Shown in pieces: positions 13,365 to 26,233 of a stretch of DNA of 64,000 nucleotides. The first letter of the stretch is position 1; every line of letters starts with the position of its first letter. Source of the DNA: Octopus vulgaris (taxonomy: Eukaryota). The notes under the pieces were generated by a model. It was not told the DNA's origin, searched no databases, and saw only the letters and a program-made list of their open reading frames with translations. A program made the translations under genes and the position numbers. The DNA lies in NCBI GenBank assembly GCA_951406725.2, contig OX597816.1, positions 54,188,001 through 54,252,000 on the forward strand, read 5' to 3'.

Positions 13365-14579
13365 AATATATTCCAACACCAATATATTGGTGTCTGTTAA
13401 TAGCGTATTCTACCGCCATCCTTGTCATGTTGATGTCTATTGCTAAAATGTTGTAACATGTTGCATCTGTTGCTAATATATTCCAGTCATATAGTTGCCC
13501 GTTTCAAATATATTTCAGTGCCATGCTATTGCCTGTTGCTAATATATTCCAAATGTCATCAACTACAAGTTGCTGTCTGTTGCTAATACTATGAAAAACT
13601 GGTTTTAGACAAAATGAATTAAAATTGATGAGTTTTCAATATTGAGCCATAATTAATGTTGCAGTAATTAGCCATTCTTGTGAGACGATATTAGGAACTG
13701 ATATTTCTATAATTAGAAGGCGAGAGTTTCAGACATTGGACGTTATTGGTGAATCCCATCTCAGAGCTAGACGTTAACAATTCTACAGAATGAATTGTGG
13801 TATTATGGAGAAAAACCCGAATTTGTTGATTAAGAACATTTTCAACCGAAAAGAGAATTATATATATATATAAAAAAACAAACTAATTTTACCAAAATAA
13901 CACAATTTCATTTATCAATAGACACCATCAAAATTGACATTACTCACACGCATATATACACAAACACACACAAACAAACATATGTATACACACAAAAACA
14001 CATATAAATACACACAAACATACATATATATATAGACAAAAACACATATCTACACACAAAACACGTTTTACAGTTTATGTGGTTGAGAAATAATTTCAAA
14101 GATATTTTATGATTTCATGCAAAGAATACTCTTATATTATGGATCTTAGATGTAAACCCGTATCATTTTAAAATTGTTTATACCAATACATTTTGACTTG
14201 GTATTATAACAGTTGTTATAAGAGCAAAAACAATCGATTAAATCAATCACTCTACATTATTGGTGTTTCTTTAATCAATCTAAAATGTACGAAAATGTTT
14301 ATTCGAGTGAGATTTTCTTCTGGAAGTATAACGGTTTTAGCTACTGCAACACACTTAACCCAGTACTCTAATATTTACGTCCATCGTGTCCTTGTAGCTA
14401 ATAAATGTATTTAGAAAACGTGGACTAAAATGTTTTCTTTAGAATATTTGTAACATAGGAACAGTGTTAATTATTACTTAAATAGTTAAATAAGACCAGT
14501 ACAGTTGTAATGTTGTTAATTAATTAGCTAAGGCACAGTTTTGAGAATAGCTTGCTTGTTTAATTGTAGTTGGGGGTCT

Positions 14580-15560
14580 CCAGGAGAGAAAGCGCAGCGT
14601 TTCGGGGGTCTTCCTATCGACGGTTTTACAGTGCACCGGCTACACTCATTAATATGAGGCTCCACCTATCGGTCCGACTGACTAGTATTCAACTTTAAGT
14701 TTTTTTCGGACCTCTCCAAACAGGTTTCGTTATTCCCGATTAACCATATTCAATAGATGTTCGCTCAATTGTCAAATGGATCTCTTTCAAGATGGCGTTT
14801 GTCTGACGATGTTGGACACCAATTGATAACAGCCACCGTTTCATTTTGGTTCCAATAAAATTCCTACATCCAACTTCAACAGGAGAGTATTACACTTCAA
14901 ACAGCATCTATACAATCGTCTAGGAGCATCTCATAACGCTTGTCTTTCCTAACCTGAGCAGAATCAATATTGGCTTCATGTAGAACAGCTTATTTAACAA
15001 GATGGTATTGTCATCTCAGCTTTCTTCCTTGATGATACTGGAAAGAGACGTTCACACCCTAAGAGATCTGCTATCACCTCCCAAACTCAATCGTCAACCG
15101 CTGATGGCTTACTCCTGTTTTGGGTAACTGCATTGACCTTGGTAGTGATATTGTTAATTAACCGTAGACCTACTACGGTAAATTAATAAGTAAAATCTTG
15201 CAGTCTATTGTCGTTTCAGTCAATTGTTCTCTTTCCTTGCAAAACTTTAGCCTTACAAGGTCCCTCATTTATGCAAGCATTGCAAAAGTCCTCTTAGTAT
15301 TTTCGATATGGCCAAATCCGCATCAAAGATGTTTGGTTCTTTGGGTTAAGTTTCTGGAATATTTCACCAGTGTATCTGAGAAAATTCCTCTCTGACGACC
15401 TATAACATACTTGCTTATCATCAGAAGTAGATCTTAATAGTGCAAAATAAACAAAAAACAAAAAAAAAAAAACACCCATCCCGTCCACGTCATTGAAAAT
15501 AAAGACGAAGATGAGTGTTTCGTATCTTTTTACTGAAATTGGGCTCTCCTTGTCTGGCTG
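14580..15560 (-). mobile_element. Highly degenerate RTE-like LINE remnant
   Basis: The minus strand near 14590-14630 reads ..SIGRPPKR.., resembling the RTE C-terminal 'KR..GRP..RW' motif. The rest is too decayed to align by eye. Confidence 0.35.
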
Positions 15561-15659
15561 CAAGAAAGTACCACGTTGATGTTTGAAGGTACAATATACT
15601 GGTGTCAGCGGGTACTATAGACTAGTATAAGAATGTACTGCACACTGCTGTAAAATGTA

Positions 15660-15740
15660 CTACTACTAATGCTGCTGCTACTGCTGCTGCTACTGCTGCT
15701 GCTACTGCTGCTGCTACTGCTGCTGCTACTGCTGCTGCTG

Positions 15741-15812
<72 letters not shown>

Positions 15813-15822
15813 GTACTACTAC
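15660..15822. repeat. Compound trinucleotide repeat (CTG/CTA 15-bp period, then (CTA)n)
   Basis: (gctactgctgctgct)n followed by (cta)n. Confidence 0.9.
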
Positions 15823-16225
15823 CGTAAGAAGGTATCGCATTTATGCTTAAAGCAGTAGCAATAATAAAATGAGTTGTGTTAATTTGTCCTGTCTATTTCT
15901 GGTTGCCATCAGCATTGTTAAATGGCGTAATTCAGTCTGTAAATATAATAGACAGAAGACCGAAAACTGAAGTGGAGTCATCTTTTATTGAACATACGCA
16001 ATCTCTGGGCATTCTGCAATATCACACTGCAGCCATTCGGTAGTCGAGAAACTTGTTCTCCTCGCATCTTTCTACAAGATCAAAAAAAAGCTATCTTTAC
16101 TACACTCTCGATAATCTTTATATCACAGATCAAGCTGTCCCCTCGGATGATCGCCAATAATCTGCTTCACTCACTCACTCACTCGACTCGCGCTCTCTCT
16201 CTGTCTCTGTCTGTCTGTCTCTATC

Positions 16226-16264
<39 letters not shown>

Positions 16265-16399
16265 ATATATATATATGTACATGCACACATACACACAGAA
16301 ACGCACACATATAGACAAGCACACAGAGACACATACATTCACACATATACATACATGCGTACATACACATAAATATATATATACATGTGTACACATATA

Positions 16400-16448
<49 letters not shown>

Positions 16449-16529
16449 GTTACGATATATATGCATGCGTACATTAGATAATACAAACATGTTATAGCTA
16501 ACTACCTACGTCTCTCTCTCTCTCACTCC

Positions 16530-16606
<77 letters not shown>

Positions 16607-16989
16607 ACTATCACCCTCACATAGACTCAGAAGGTCGCCTGATTTTACTCTGCTTTCATTTCGGCTGATTTACAATAACCTCGGCTTGAAATTTGCCCAA
16701 GTCATTCATATTTTTCCCGTTGCGTCACCTGTGCAATTTCAGTTGATATCGCATTACAAACGCGATTTTTTTTTTTATTTTGTTTAACCGCCATTCTTTG
16801 TGAGGAAATTTTGCATTGAACTTTATTTTGGAGTGACAGCTTTTACATAGACTAGCAATTCTTATACAATATATTATAGCAATTCTATCAGTGAAGTGGT
16901 GAATTCCTTATTATGTTAATCAGCTATCTCAGGTGACATTGTGTAATTTAATGCTCATTACAAGTAATATCTATCACCCCCACATACAT

Positions 16990-17131
16990 GTACCCAATCT
17001 ACTCACAAGGACTTTGCCTGTCCAAGGCTATAGTAAAAGACACCTTCCCAAGACGTCACGCAGTGGGACTGAACCCAGAACCATGTGGTTGGGAAGCAAG
17101 CTTCTTACCACACAGAAACGCCTGCGCCTAG
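16990..17131 (-). mobile_element. SINE family B 5' fragment
   Basis: gcagtgggactgaacccagaaccatgtggttgggaagcaagcttcttaccacac..cctgcgcc matches 49290-49357. Confidence 0.85.
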
Positions 17132-17996
17132 TATAAGTGTTTGTTTAGTATTCTAAAATTATTTAATGTTCCTACAATATTTTACTGTTTTAAAGAATGC
17201 AATAACTAAAATAAACAAACTACTTTGCCATATGAAAGGTAGTGGATAAATCTAAAGTGAAAACTAAATGTATTGAGTTAACTTTAGAAAATAAAATTGA
17301 AGGCGATGAAGTCCAGTCTACAGTTTGCAGAGTTATCAAGTCACGTCCGTTGACTGCAGAAAACTTCCATAGTAAAGACAACATGAAATTTTCCAGAGTA
17401 GGGACAATATGAAATATTCTTGTCGGAAGTTGGTCGAACAATTGTAGAAATTATTATCATTTTTGGTGGGAGACTCGAACCGTTGAATTAAGCTAATTTT
17501 GTAATGAAGTAAAGTCTATTTTTCATAGATTGTAGGAGAAAGAAAGTGGAAACGAAAGACCTGGTTTTAAGCCTATAAGAGCCATCTTAAATATCATCGA
17601 AGTGTCAAGCGATGAAGCAGCGTGTGCAGACATTTTACTGATTGTACAAAGACAGAAATATTCTGAAGATGTACAATTCTTTCTCGGTGACATAAAGTTA
17701 TACTGGAAGAGAATGCGTTCAAGGAACTTTATTGTTGTCTCCTAGGATGATCGCCAATAATCTGCTTCACTCACTCACTCACTCACTCACTCACTCACTC
17801 ACTAACTCACTCACTCACTCACTCACACACTCACTCACTCACTCACTCACTCACTCACTCACTCACTCACTCACTCACTCACACACTCACTCACTAACTC
17901 ACTCACTCACTCACTCACTCACTCACTCACTCACTCACTCACTCACTCACTCACTCACTCATTCACTCTCTCTCTCGGTCTCTCTCTCTCTCTCGG

Positions 17997-18029
<33 letters not shown>

Positions 18030-18158
18030 GTATATACATACACACTAACACACACACACATATACATACATACACACACACATATAGACAATCACACAAA
18101 GACACAGACATTAACACATATACATACATGCATACATACACATAAGTATATATATACA

Positions 18159-18204
<46 letters not shown>

Positions 18205-19039
18205 TCTTCCTACAAGATAAAAGTATGGATTTGACACTGCTAAAGACAGACCAAAACTACCAATTGATAATCATGTTCCAGGAAGTTTGAAAATAAAGCT
18301 GTTATTGATCTTCTGATCACGGATACTGTGCAGAGAATGGGTTGGAACAACTGACAGCCGCCATTCAAACAAGAACACCTGGCTCACTCAGGAATTCTCC
18401 TTGGATTGATATTTCAACTATTGTTTTTGCACTGTTCTACATAGCTTTGACATTGAAAATGATTCGTCAGCAGAAATCCCTTAAGGAAATGCTCAGTGTG
18501 CTAGACATAAACCGAGAGCAGATTACTGTTGGTCGTTTAAATGTCATCTTTTATTAGTATTACCTAATACTTTTATTAGGTCACTAAAAACTACTTTATC
18601 GAAGTTCTACCTAAGTGAAGGAATGAGTGAAAGATTAGAAAAAAGAAGTTGGATCCATATTTGAAGAAAGTAACGGTCTCCAACCCGGGTCGTCTCTGAT
18701 GGATGACCCTCAACTAGAGCCGTATTTGCAGAAATAATGTTGACTCCTCTCTTTACGAGAGAGGTTTCAATAATTTAGACAGTATTTTATCAATTAATTT
18801 ATATGTTTATATTAAAATAAATTAATGTTATATTTATTACAAGAAATGTTTGTATTACTTTTATTCTTTGGATTTATTGAAAAAATATATGCATTTTGAG
18901 ATGTCAGGAATGTATCTATGTATTTCATAAAATAATAGAGAGATTTTCTGTCGCCTTCATCAGGAACGCATACTCTATATAAAATCTGGACAGCATATAC
19001 ATAGACGCATATGTATACACACAATCGCGCTCACACACA

Positions 19040-19600
19040 AACACCAATATCGCTGTGATCAGTTTGTCGTCGTTTTCGAGTGTCTTCGTTTGTAATTGTT
19101 CACTAATGTCGGTACCTATGATGGCTGGCAAAATCGATTTTTGCGTGGAAGAATAATGCACAGAAGTCACATTTGATGGCCGGTACAGGACTTTACTAGA
19201 ATGGTCGTAACCATTTATCTTCTTCATTCCTTCGACGAGTTTTTTCAAAATGTTTTACACCAATCTTGATGATGTAATGTCACGCAGTCCTGCCTTCTGC
19301 ATATTGTTCCAGCTTTTAGAATCGATTTTGGTGCACTCAGCTGTCTATTTCAGTTGGTTTTTGTAACATCCCTTGGGGGCCTTCGCGTGATTTCTTGCCA
19401 TTTCTGAGTTCGCTCGGCACTGGCATGAGGATATGATGTGGTAGTCCTGTGCTATTCATGTGGTGGACATGACCTGACCACCCGAGGGGATATTTGATAA
19501 TAACAGTCTCAATATTGGTGGCTTTGGCCTGTTCCAGGACCGAAAAGTTGTTGATATACCCATCCCATTTGATGTTCGTAACTGATCGCAGTTCTCTTTT
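19040..19600 (-). mobile_element. RTE-clade LINE 3' fragment
   Basis: The minus strand encodes [59 protein letters not shown] and a terminal CDFCALFFHAKIDFASHHR zinc-finger-like motif typical of RTE/BovB ORF ends. Confidence 0.8.
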
Positions 19601-19609
19601 TGATGGGGT

Positions 19610-19700
<91 letters not shown>

Positions 19701-19717
19701 GTAGATATATATATATT

Positions 19718-19753
<36 letters not shown>

Positions 19754-19955
19754 GTATTAGTATCTAATTCTCTCACCCTTATTAATTAATTATAATTATG
19801 CTGCATTTATTTCTAAATGCTGTATTTGTTTTCCGTGAGAGTTTGGCGCGCTGTTGGTTGGGGCATTTGAATTATAACGTCCGATGTAATCAATTGAACC
19901 GCACGCGTATTTATCGTTATGGTAAAATCTGGCGTGTGATTGAGTGGATTTCATC

Positions 19956-20049
19956 CAGATAGTCTTGGCTGAAGAGCTACAAATGGATTACTGTAAGTAA
20001 TATTACATTTAATTCATTAATAGCGAAACAATTGTCCCAAAATAATCTG
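19956..20049 (+). ncRNA. Type I hammerhead ribozyme, copy 1 (predicted cleavage after C20036)
   Basis: Stem I TTGG(19965-68)/CCAA(20037-40) extended by CAGAT/ATCTG. Core CTGAAGA at 19969-75. Stem II GCTA..TAGC with ATGGATTA/TAATTCAT and TGTAA/TTACA extensions. Then GAAA, palindromic stem III ACAATTGT and a GTC cleavage triplet. Confidence 0.88.
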
Positions 20050-20489
20050 TATTTTTGTTATTTTTTATTTGCCCTGTCCGTGTGAGCTAACAGTCGTACC
20101 GGCTTTCATGGGAAACATGTATTTTTCGTGGTTGAAACCTCTTGGATTAACTGGTGCTAGAGTGATCAATATAGTGAACACTCTCTTATATTTATTTTGT
20201 GAAAATATTATAATATGTTATAAAATATTATAATAATCCAGGTTTCTCGTAGCACTAGGCCACTTGGTGTGGAATAAATATACTATTAAATTAGTATCTA
20301 ATTCTCTCACCCTTATTAATTAATTATAATTATGCTGCATTTATTTCTAAATGCTGTATTTGTTTTCCGTGAGAGTTTGGCGCGCTGTTGGTTGGGGCAT
20401 TTGAATTATAACGTCCGATGTAATCAATTGAACCGCACGCGTATTTATCGTTATGGTAAAATCTGGCGTGTGATTGAGTGGATTTCATC

Positions 20490-20583
20490 CAGATAGTCTT
20501 GGCTGAAGAGCTACAAATGGATTACTGTAAGTAATATTACATTTAATTCATTAATAGCGAAACAATTGTCCCAAAATAATCTG
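20490..20583 (+). ncRNA. Type I hammerhead ribozyme, copy 2 (predicted cleavage after C20570)
   Basis: Same sequence as copy 1, shifted by 534 bp. Confidence 0.88.
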
Positions 20584-20857
20584 TATTTTTGTTATTTTTT
20601 ATTTGCCCTGTCCGTGTGAGCTAACAGTCGTACCGGCTTTCATGGGAAACATGTATTTTTCGTGGTTGAAACCTCTTGGATTAACTGGTGCTAGAGTGAT
20701 CAATATAGTGAACACTCTCTTATATTTATTTTGTGAAAATATTATAATATGTTATAAAATATTATAATAATCCAGGTTTCTCGTAGCACTAGGCCACTTG
20801 GTGTGGAATAAATATACTATTAAATTAGTATCTAATTCTCTCACCCTTATTAATTAT

Positions 20858-20905
<48 letters not shown>

Positions 20906-20928
20906 ATATATATGTATATATATATATG

Positions 20929-21025
<97 letters not shown>

Positions 21026-21030
21026 GTATG

Positions 21031-21089
<59 letters not shown>

Positions 21090-21116
21090 CAAAATGGGAC
21101 AATTTTTTGATGGGGT

Positions 21117-21225
<109 letters not shown>

Positions 21226-21234
21226 GTATGTATT

Positions 21235-21292
<58 letters not shown>

Positions 21293-21299
<7 letters not shown>

Positions 21300-21400
21300 C
21301 AAAATGGGACAAGAACGCAAAACAATCTGGACAACGAGGTGATACAAAAAGGGAATAGTTGTCCGGATGTTTTGCGTTCATGTCCCCATTTTGTATTTTA
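21293..21400. repeat. ~43-bp inverted repeat (hairpin) between (TA)n tracts
   Basis: taaaatacaaaatgggacaagaacgcaaaacaatctggacaac pairs with gttgtccggatgttttgcgttcatgtccccattttgtatttta. Confidence 0.85.
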
Positions 21401-21564
21401 TATATATATAGCGGCGTACGTACACTTTGTTCTCTTATATGTAAGTACACATTATGTTTATAAATATAAATTAGAGAAGAACCATGTATTATATATTGTG
21501 AAATTTGATTTAGTATTAATAAATTGAATTTTTCCCTGTAAGTGTGGAATCATATTCCTTAATA

Positions 21565-21647
<83 letters not shown>

Positions 21648-21762
21648 CGCAGGAGTGGCTGTGGCTGTGTGGTAAGTAGCCTGCTTACCAACCATCTCGT
21701 TCCGGATTCAATTCCAATGCTTGGAACCTTGGACAAGTGTCTTCTAATATAAATATATATAT

Positions 21763-22990
21763 AGTAAATAAACACCTTTAATTTTCTAAATTTCTGATCT
21801 AAGCGTCTTAATAGGTTTTCAGCGATGTAGAATTTACAATGTAATTATTATTTTTCATTATATTAAACATTTGCGAAGAGTAACCACGTACAAAATATTC
21901 AGCAAAAATATCAGATTTTCAAAGAGGTCGTATTGTTGGGCAATCTAGGGCTGGTCTTAGCCAGTGAAAAAATTCCGAAAATCTTCAAATTCCTCTTGCT
22001 ACTATTAATAGAATTATAGTGCAGTTGAAAAGCCAAGGAAAAGAATCCACAGATTCTTTTCCCGGCCGACATGGGCCCTCAGAAAGGAAGCTTTGCTGTT
22101 TGAAGAGAATTGTGGAAAACGAACCCCGTTCGAAGGCCTCTGACATTGCAAAACTGCTAGAAGTTAGTCCAAGAATGTGTGTTACATATCTGCATGAGCC
22201 TGGGTATTATGGTAGAGCAGCTACATGAAAACCTCTCATTCAACCAATTAATATCATGAAAAGACGGTCTAAGGAGATGTCAGAAAAATCAAGTTCTTTT
22301 TGGGATAGAGTGATTTTCTCAGACGAATCCAGATTTGCATTATTTTCAGACAGTGGACGTGTTTGGGTCTGAAGGTTTCCCAATCAAGAATTTGGTTTGA
22401 AACGACTTCAACCAACTGCGAAACATGGCGGTATTTCTGTAATGGTATGGGGAGCTGTCACCAGCAATGGTCGTTCTGAGCTGATCGAATGTGTTGGGAC
22501 CATAAACTCTGAAAAATACGTCGAAATACTTAAGAAAAGACTACTTCTGATGTATTCACATAACATAGTGATAAAATGAGTTTTTATTCATGGAAGATGG
22601 GGATCCACGGCACACAGCGAAAAGGAACCAACAATGGCTGACTGAAAATGGGATCAAAAAGCTTCCTTGGCCGAACCAATCTCTTGACATGAACCCAATT
22701 GAAAATCTTTAGAGCATACCAGATAGAGCTATACGAAAAACTCGACAGAAACCTAAATCTAAAGATGAATTGCTTCGAATGTTGCGTGAAAAGTTGGCAG
22801 AAATTCCACAAGAGACAATCACAAAGCTCATCAGTTCAATGCCAAAAACAGTTTCTGAATTAAAAACTGCAAAGGGAATGTCAACTAAATACTAAAGTCC
22901 TACCTATCGATTACATTTCAATTGTTCGCTTTGCGTATTAAATAAAAGATTTTGAAAATTAAAGGTGTGTATTTACTTCCCGAATGTCTG
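21763..22990 (+). mobile_element. Tc1 DNA transposon (DD34E), degenerate; left TIR tip missing
   Basis: Left agtaaataaacacctttaattttc is the inverted match of right gaaaattaaaggtgtgtatttact, which continues tcccgaatgtctg. The interior encodes a transposase. Confidence 0.9.
21887..22895 (+). pseudogene. Tc1 transposase with multiple stops and frameshifts
   Basis: Motifs VIFSDESRF, PTAKHGGISVMVWGA and FMEDGDPRHTA...WPNQSLDMNPIENL. 34 residues lie between D and E. Confidence 0.9.
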
Positions 22991-24257
22991 TGTATATGTA
23001 TGTGTGTGTATATGTTTGTGTGTCTGTGATTGTCCCCCACAACATCGCTTGTCAACCAATGCTGGTGTGTTTACCCCTCATAACTTAGCGGTTCAGCAAA
23101 AGAGACCGATAGAATGACTACTAGGCTTATAAAGAATAAGTCCTGGACTCGATTTGATCGACTAAAAGCGGTGCTCTAGGCTGCAGTCAAATGACTGAAA
23201 CAAGTAAAAGAATAAAAGAATATGTATATACACACTAATATCGAACAGTGTGAATGAGTGCTCAACACCGTATTGGTGGATAAATATTATTTATTTGTGT
23301 GCTAACAAGGCTACCATAATTTTCCTGTTGAGAGAGACCTCTCTGAATAAGAAACGAATGTTAGCCTTGTGAAGCTACAATTAAATTAATAGTGGAGCTG
23401 ATCAATGAATAACTATAAGAATGTATTTTCCTGTTGGAAAAACCGGTTTAAAAGTTTTGTCGTCAGTTGTAATCAATAGAAAGGCCCAATATCAAGTTGG
23501 ATTGATCTGGATTGATACAATGGCTTGGAATATATGGTCCAGAAACCTAATTAAATGAATAAAACAGAAACATCTGGAGAATGTTTTTGTATGGAAATAT
23601 GGAAACATTTTGCTTCGATTTGCAGCAGAGATGTGGCTCAAATACAACCACGTGATCTAATGACCCGATTAAAAGGTTGCCTAATAGAAATAACGATAAA
23701 ATCATTCAAGAAGTGTAGGACCATATTTCGTCTCATAACAGTTCTTGTTGCTACTGAAGAAAATAGACTTTAAATCAGAGAAAAAAATGTAGATTTTTTG
23801 GTGAATTTACGATTAAGGGAAGAGAATCACTTGTAGGTTAAATTTAAGGTGAAGAATATGCATACTTTTTGTTTTTCCATAGAAAGTATCGTATTTCTAA
23901 TGATTTTGTTAAGAGGGAGAGATGGGACAATTAAGTCAGCAGCTTCACTGATATTGGCGACAATAAAATTGGAACGTGCAACTTACTGAGAGAGAGAGAG
24001 GCAAAATCTTCTGTATTATTTGTACTGTTGTAACGGGAATAGAACAGTAGCAACGATAATAGTACTGTAAGAAAAGTATAGAACAGTACTGTACGGCAGT
24101 GTAGTACAAACTACACATGGCACTCACAAATAAGTATAACTTTGTAGCATGTACTTTGCCTTCACTAATTGCTTATGGTACCAGTATAGACAAGAGCGGA
24201 CATAAGTAACCTCTCGAACTTAGCACTTTTCATTCAATGGAAGATGTGACTGCACAA

Positions 24258-24334
<77 letters not shown>

Positions 24335-26233
24335 ACATCAGCATTAGACTGGAATTTATTAGAGCCGAATAGATTGGAACGACACATGAAATGAAGTGTT
24401 TTGTTCAAGGGTATTAGTGCAATGCCCGGTCCAGGAATCGATCGTCGAACTTATCATAAGGCGAATGCCCTAACCACTATTTCATCACCTTAATGATGTT
24501 GTAACTGTAATTTCTGAGTTAAAACGTCAGTGACTCACAAACTAGAATAATTGTTCCAGAAATATCGAGAGAGTAAAGTTGAGTCAATAATAAGAAAACA
24601 TGTTTTGTTTTATCGTTTAGAATAAACCCCGAGAAACATGACGAGGACTGAATGAAGAAATCCCTTACAAACCACTGTAAAAATATTCCGCGTTTCAAAA
24701 GTAGATCCTAAACTCTTCAAAATATTATAGAGAATAACTGAAAACTCAGTTTTACTGTGGCCTCTACACTGGCATCGTCTCGCAGCTTAAAGTACATTTT
24801 TTTGTATTATTGCTTTAATAATTTTGTTTAAACGGGCCACACGAGATGCTTTCTTGACTAGAGATAACTGAATGAGAAAATTCACTCATTTGAAAGTAAT
24901 TGCAAGATATCTAAGATGAAGTTTATGAAGAGAAGTTAAAATGATTTACAACTTTCAATTATTCACATTGAAACAATATCCTTCTCATTATGTTCTGCTT
25001 CATTTCCTCCCGTTATCTAATTAGGATGTGAAAGTAACGATTTCTAACTTGATTCTAGAAGGAGAGTTTAAATGTTATTGTTTTACAAAGTTGTTAAGTA
25101 GACATGAAAAATCTTAACTTCGGTCTACACAGCCAAGAAAGTAAGAAATAAGAATATAAAAAACCAAGACAAAGAAAACCCCCGTTGATTTATTTGACAA
25201 CATAAATAATAGTAACTTTAACGAATCGGATTTAAACGAAATTTATTTCAGATCGAAAATAATTAACGTGTGTATGTCATTCTGACTGGAAAAGTGAGAC
25301 TGTAATCTGTGATAGGTTTGGAAGGCTTAATTCTGTTTTATTTCATGAAAAATGTTATAAAGCTCCATTATTTAAAAAACAGTGACGTACCTCGATGAAT
25401 TTTAAATACTGTTGCGCTCTAAACACCCATAATTCAACTCTTCTTTTTCTAAATTAGGAAACTGTTTATGATTAAATAGGATCAATAAAGCTGAAAATAA
25501 AAATTCATTGATCTGGATCAAGAATTTCTTAACACTCGAAATATTCCATGGATAGCTCCCCACCCAAATTATAAGGTTGGTTCCGTTATAATTCCACGGT
25601 CGATAAAACATTGAAATAGATTCAACAGAAAAAGAGAATTCATTTCCATTCATTTCATAGAATAATAAAAAAAAAAAACGCCCAGATCTTTATTTTTGGA
25701 TGAGTAAGTTGAGATTGTTTAAAGAATTTAAAAAGTGTTTTATATCCCAACTCATTCCTCAGATATTGTCGTCACTGATGTATATTAAAAAGACTCTAAA
25801 TATCGGACATTGATGAAAAGGAGGTATTTGATCAATTTCAAATAGCAGCAATATGAAACCTTACGGCATGGAAAGACACACACACACACACACATCATGA
25901 AGTAAAGAAAAGATGTGCATTGTGCTACATGGATGTATGAAGGGTTGAACAGAAAGAATATAACAAGGAGAAAAGTTAGATGAAAGCAGAGTAAATGAGA
26001 AAGTAAACAAAAACTAAACGGACGAGAAATTAGACAACGACACGATTCACGGAATGTTCGTCTTTGAGTGAAGAGGAAGACTCAGCAGTGAATATTCCGT
26101 GTATCGTTTCCAGACTTATGTTGAAATTCTTCAAGTGTAGAACATCTTCGTTTCACGACGGTAAAACCATTGCGTGGGTGTGGCGAAAAGTAAATTGCAA
26201 TTCAAATAACAAGACAAAGAAATCTTTTAACAC

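Larger units (their letters stand above)
19757..20860 (+). repeat. 534-bp head-to-tail tandem repeat (2 copies + ~35 bp), retrozyme/Penelope pLTR-like
   Basis: TTAGTATCTAATTCTCTCACC starts at 19757, 20291 and 20825 (period 534). The copies look identical by eye. The array is embedded in (TA)n. Confidence 0.95.
21646..23222 (+). mobile_element. SINE family B split by a Tc1 insertion (5' part 21646-21746, 3' part ~22993-23222)
   Basis: Both parts match the reverse complement of the full copy at 48921-49357, including the (gtaaaagaataaaagaa) tail. Confidence 0.85.

Noticed and set aside
18940-18967. Minus-strand CTGATGAAGGCGACAGAAAA as a hammerhead
   Set aside because: No convincing stem II, stem III or cleavage triplet.
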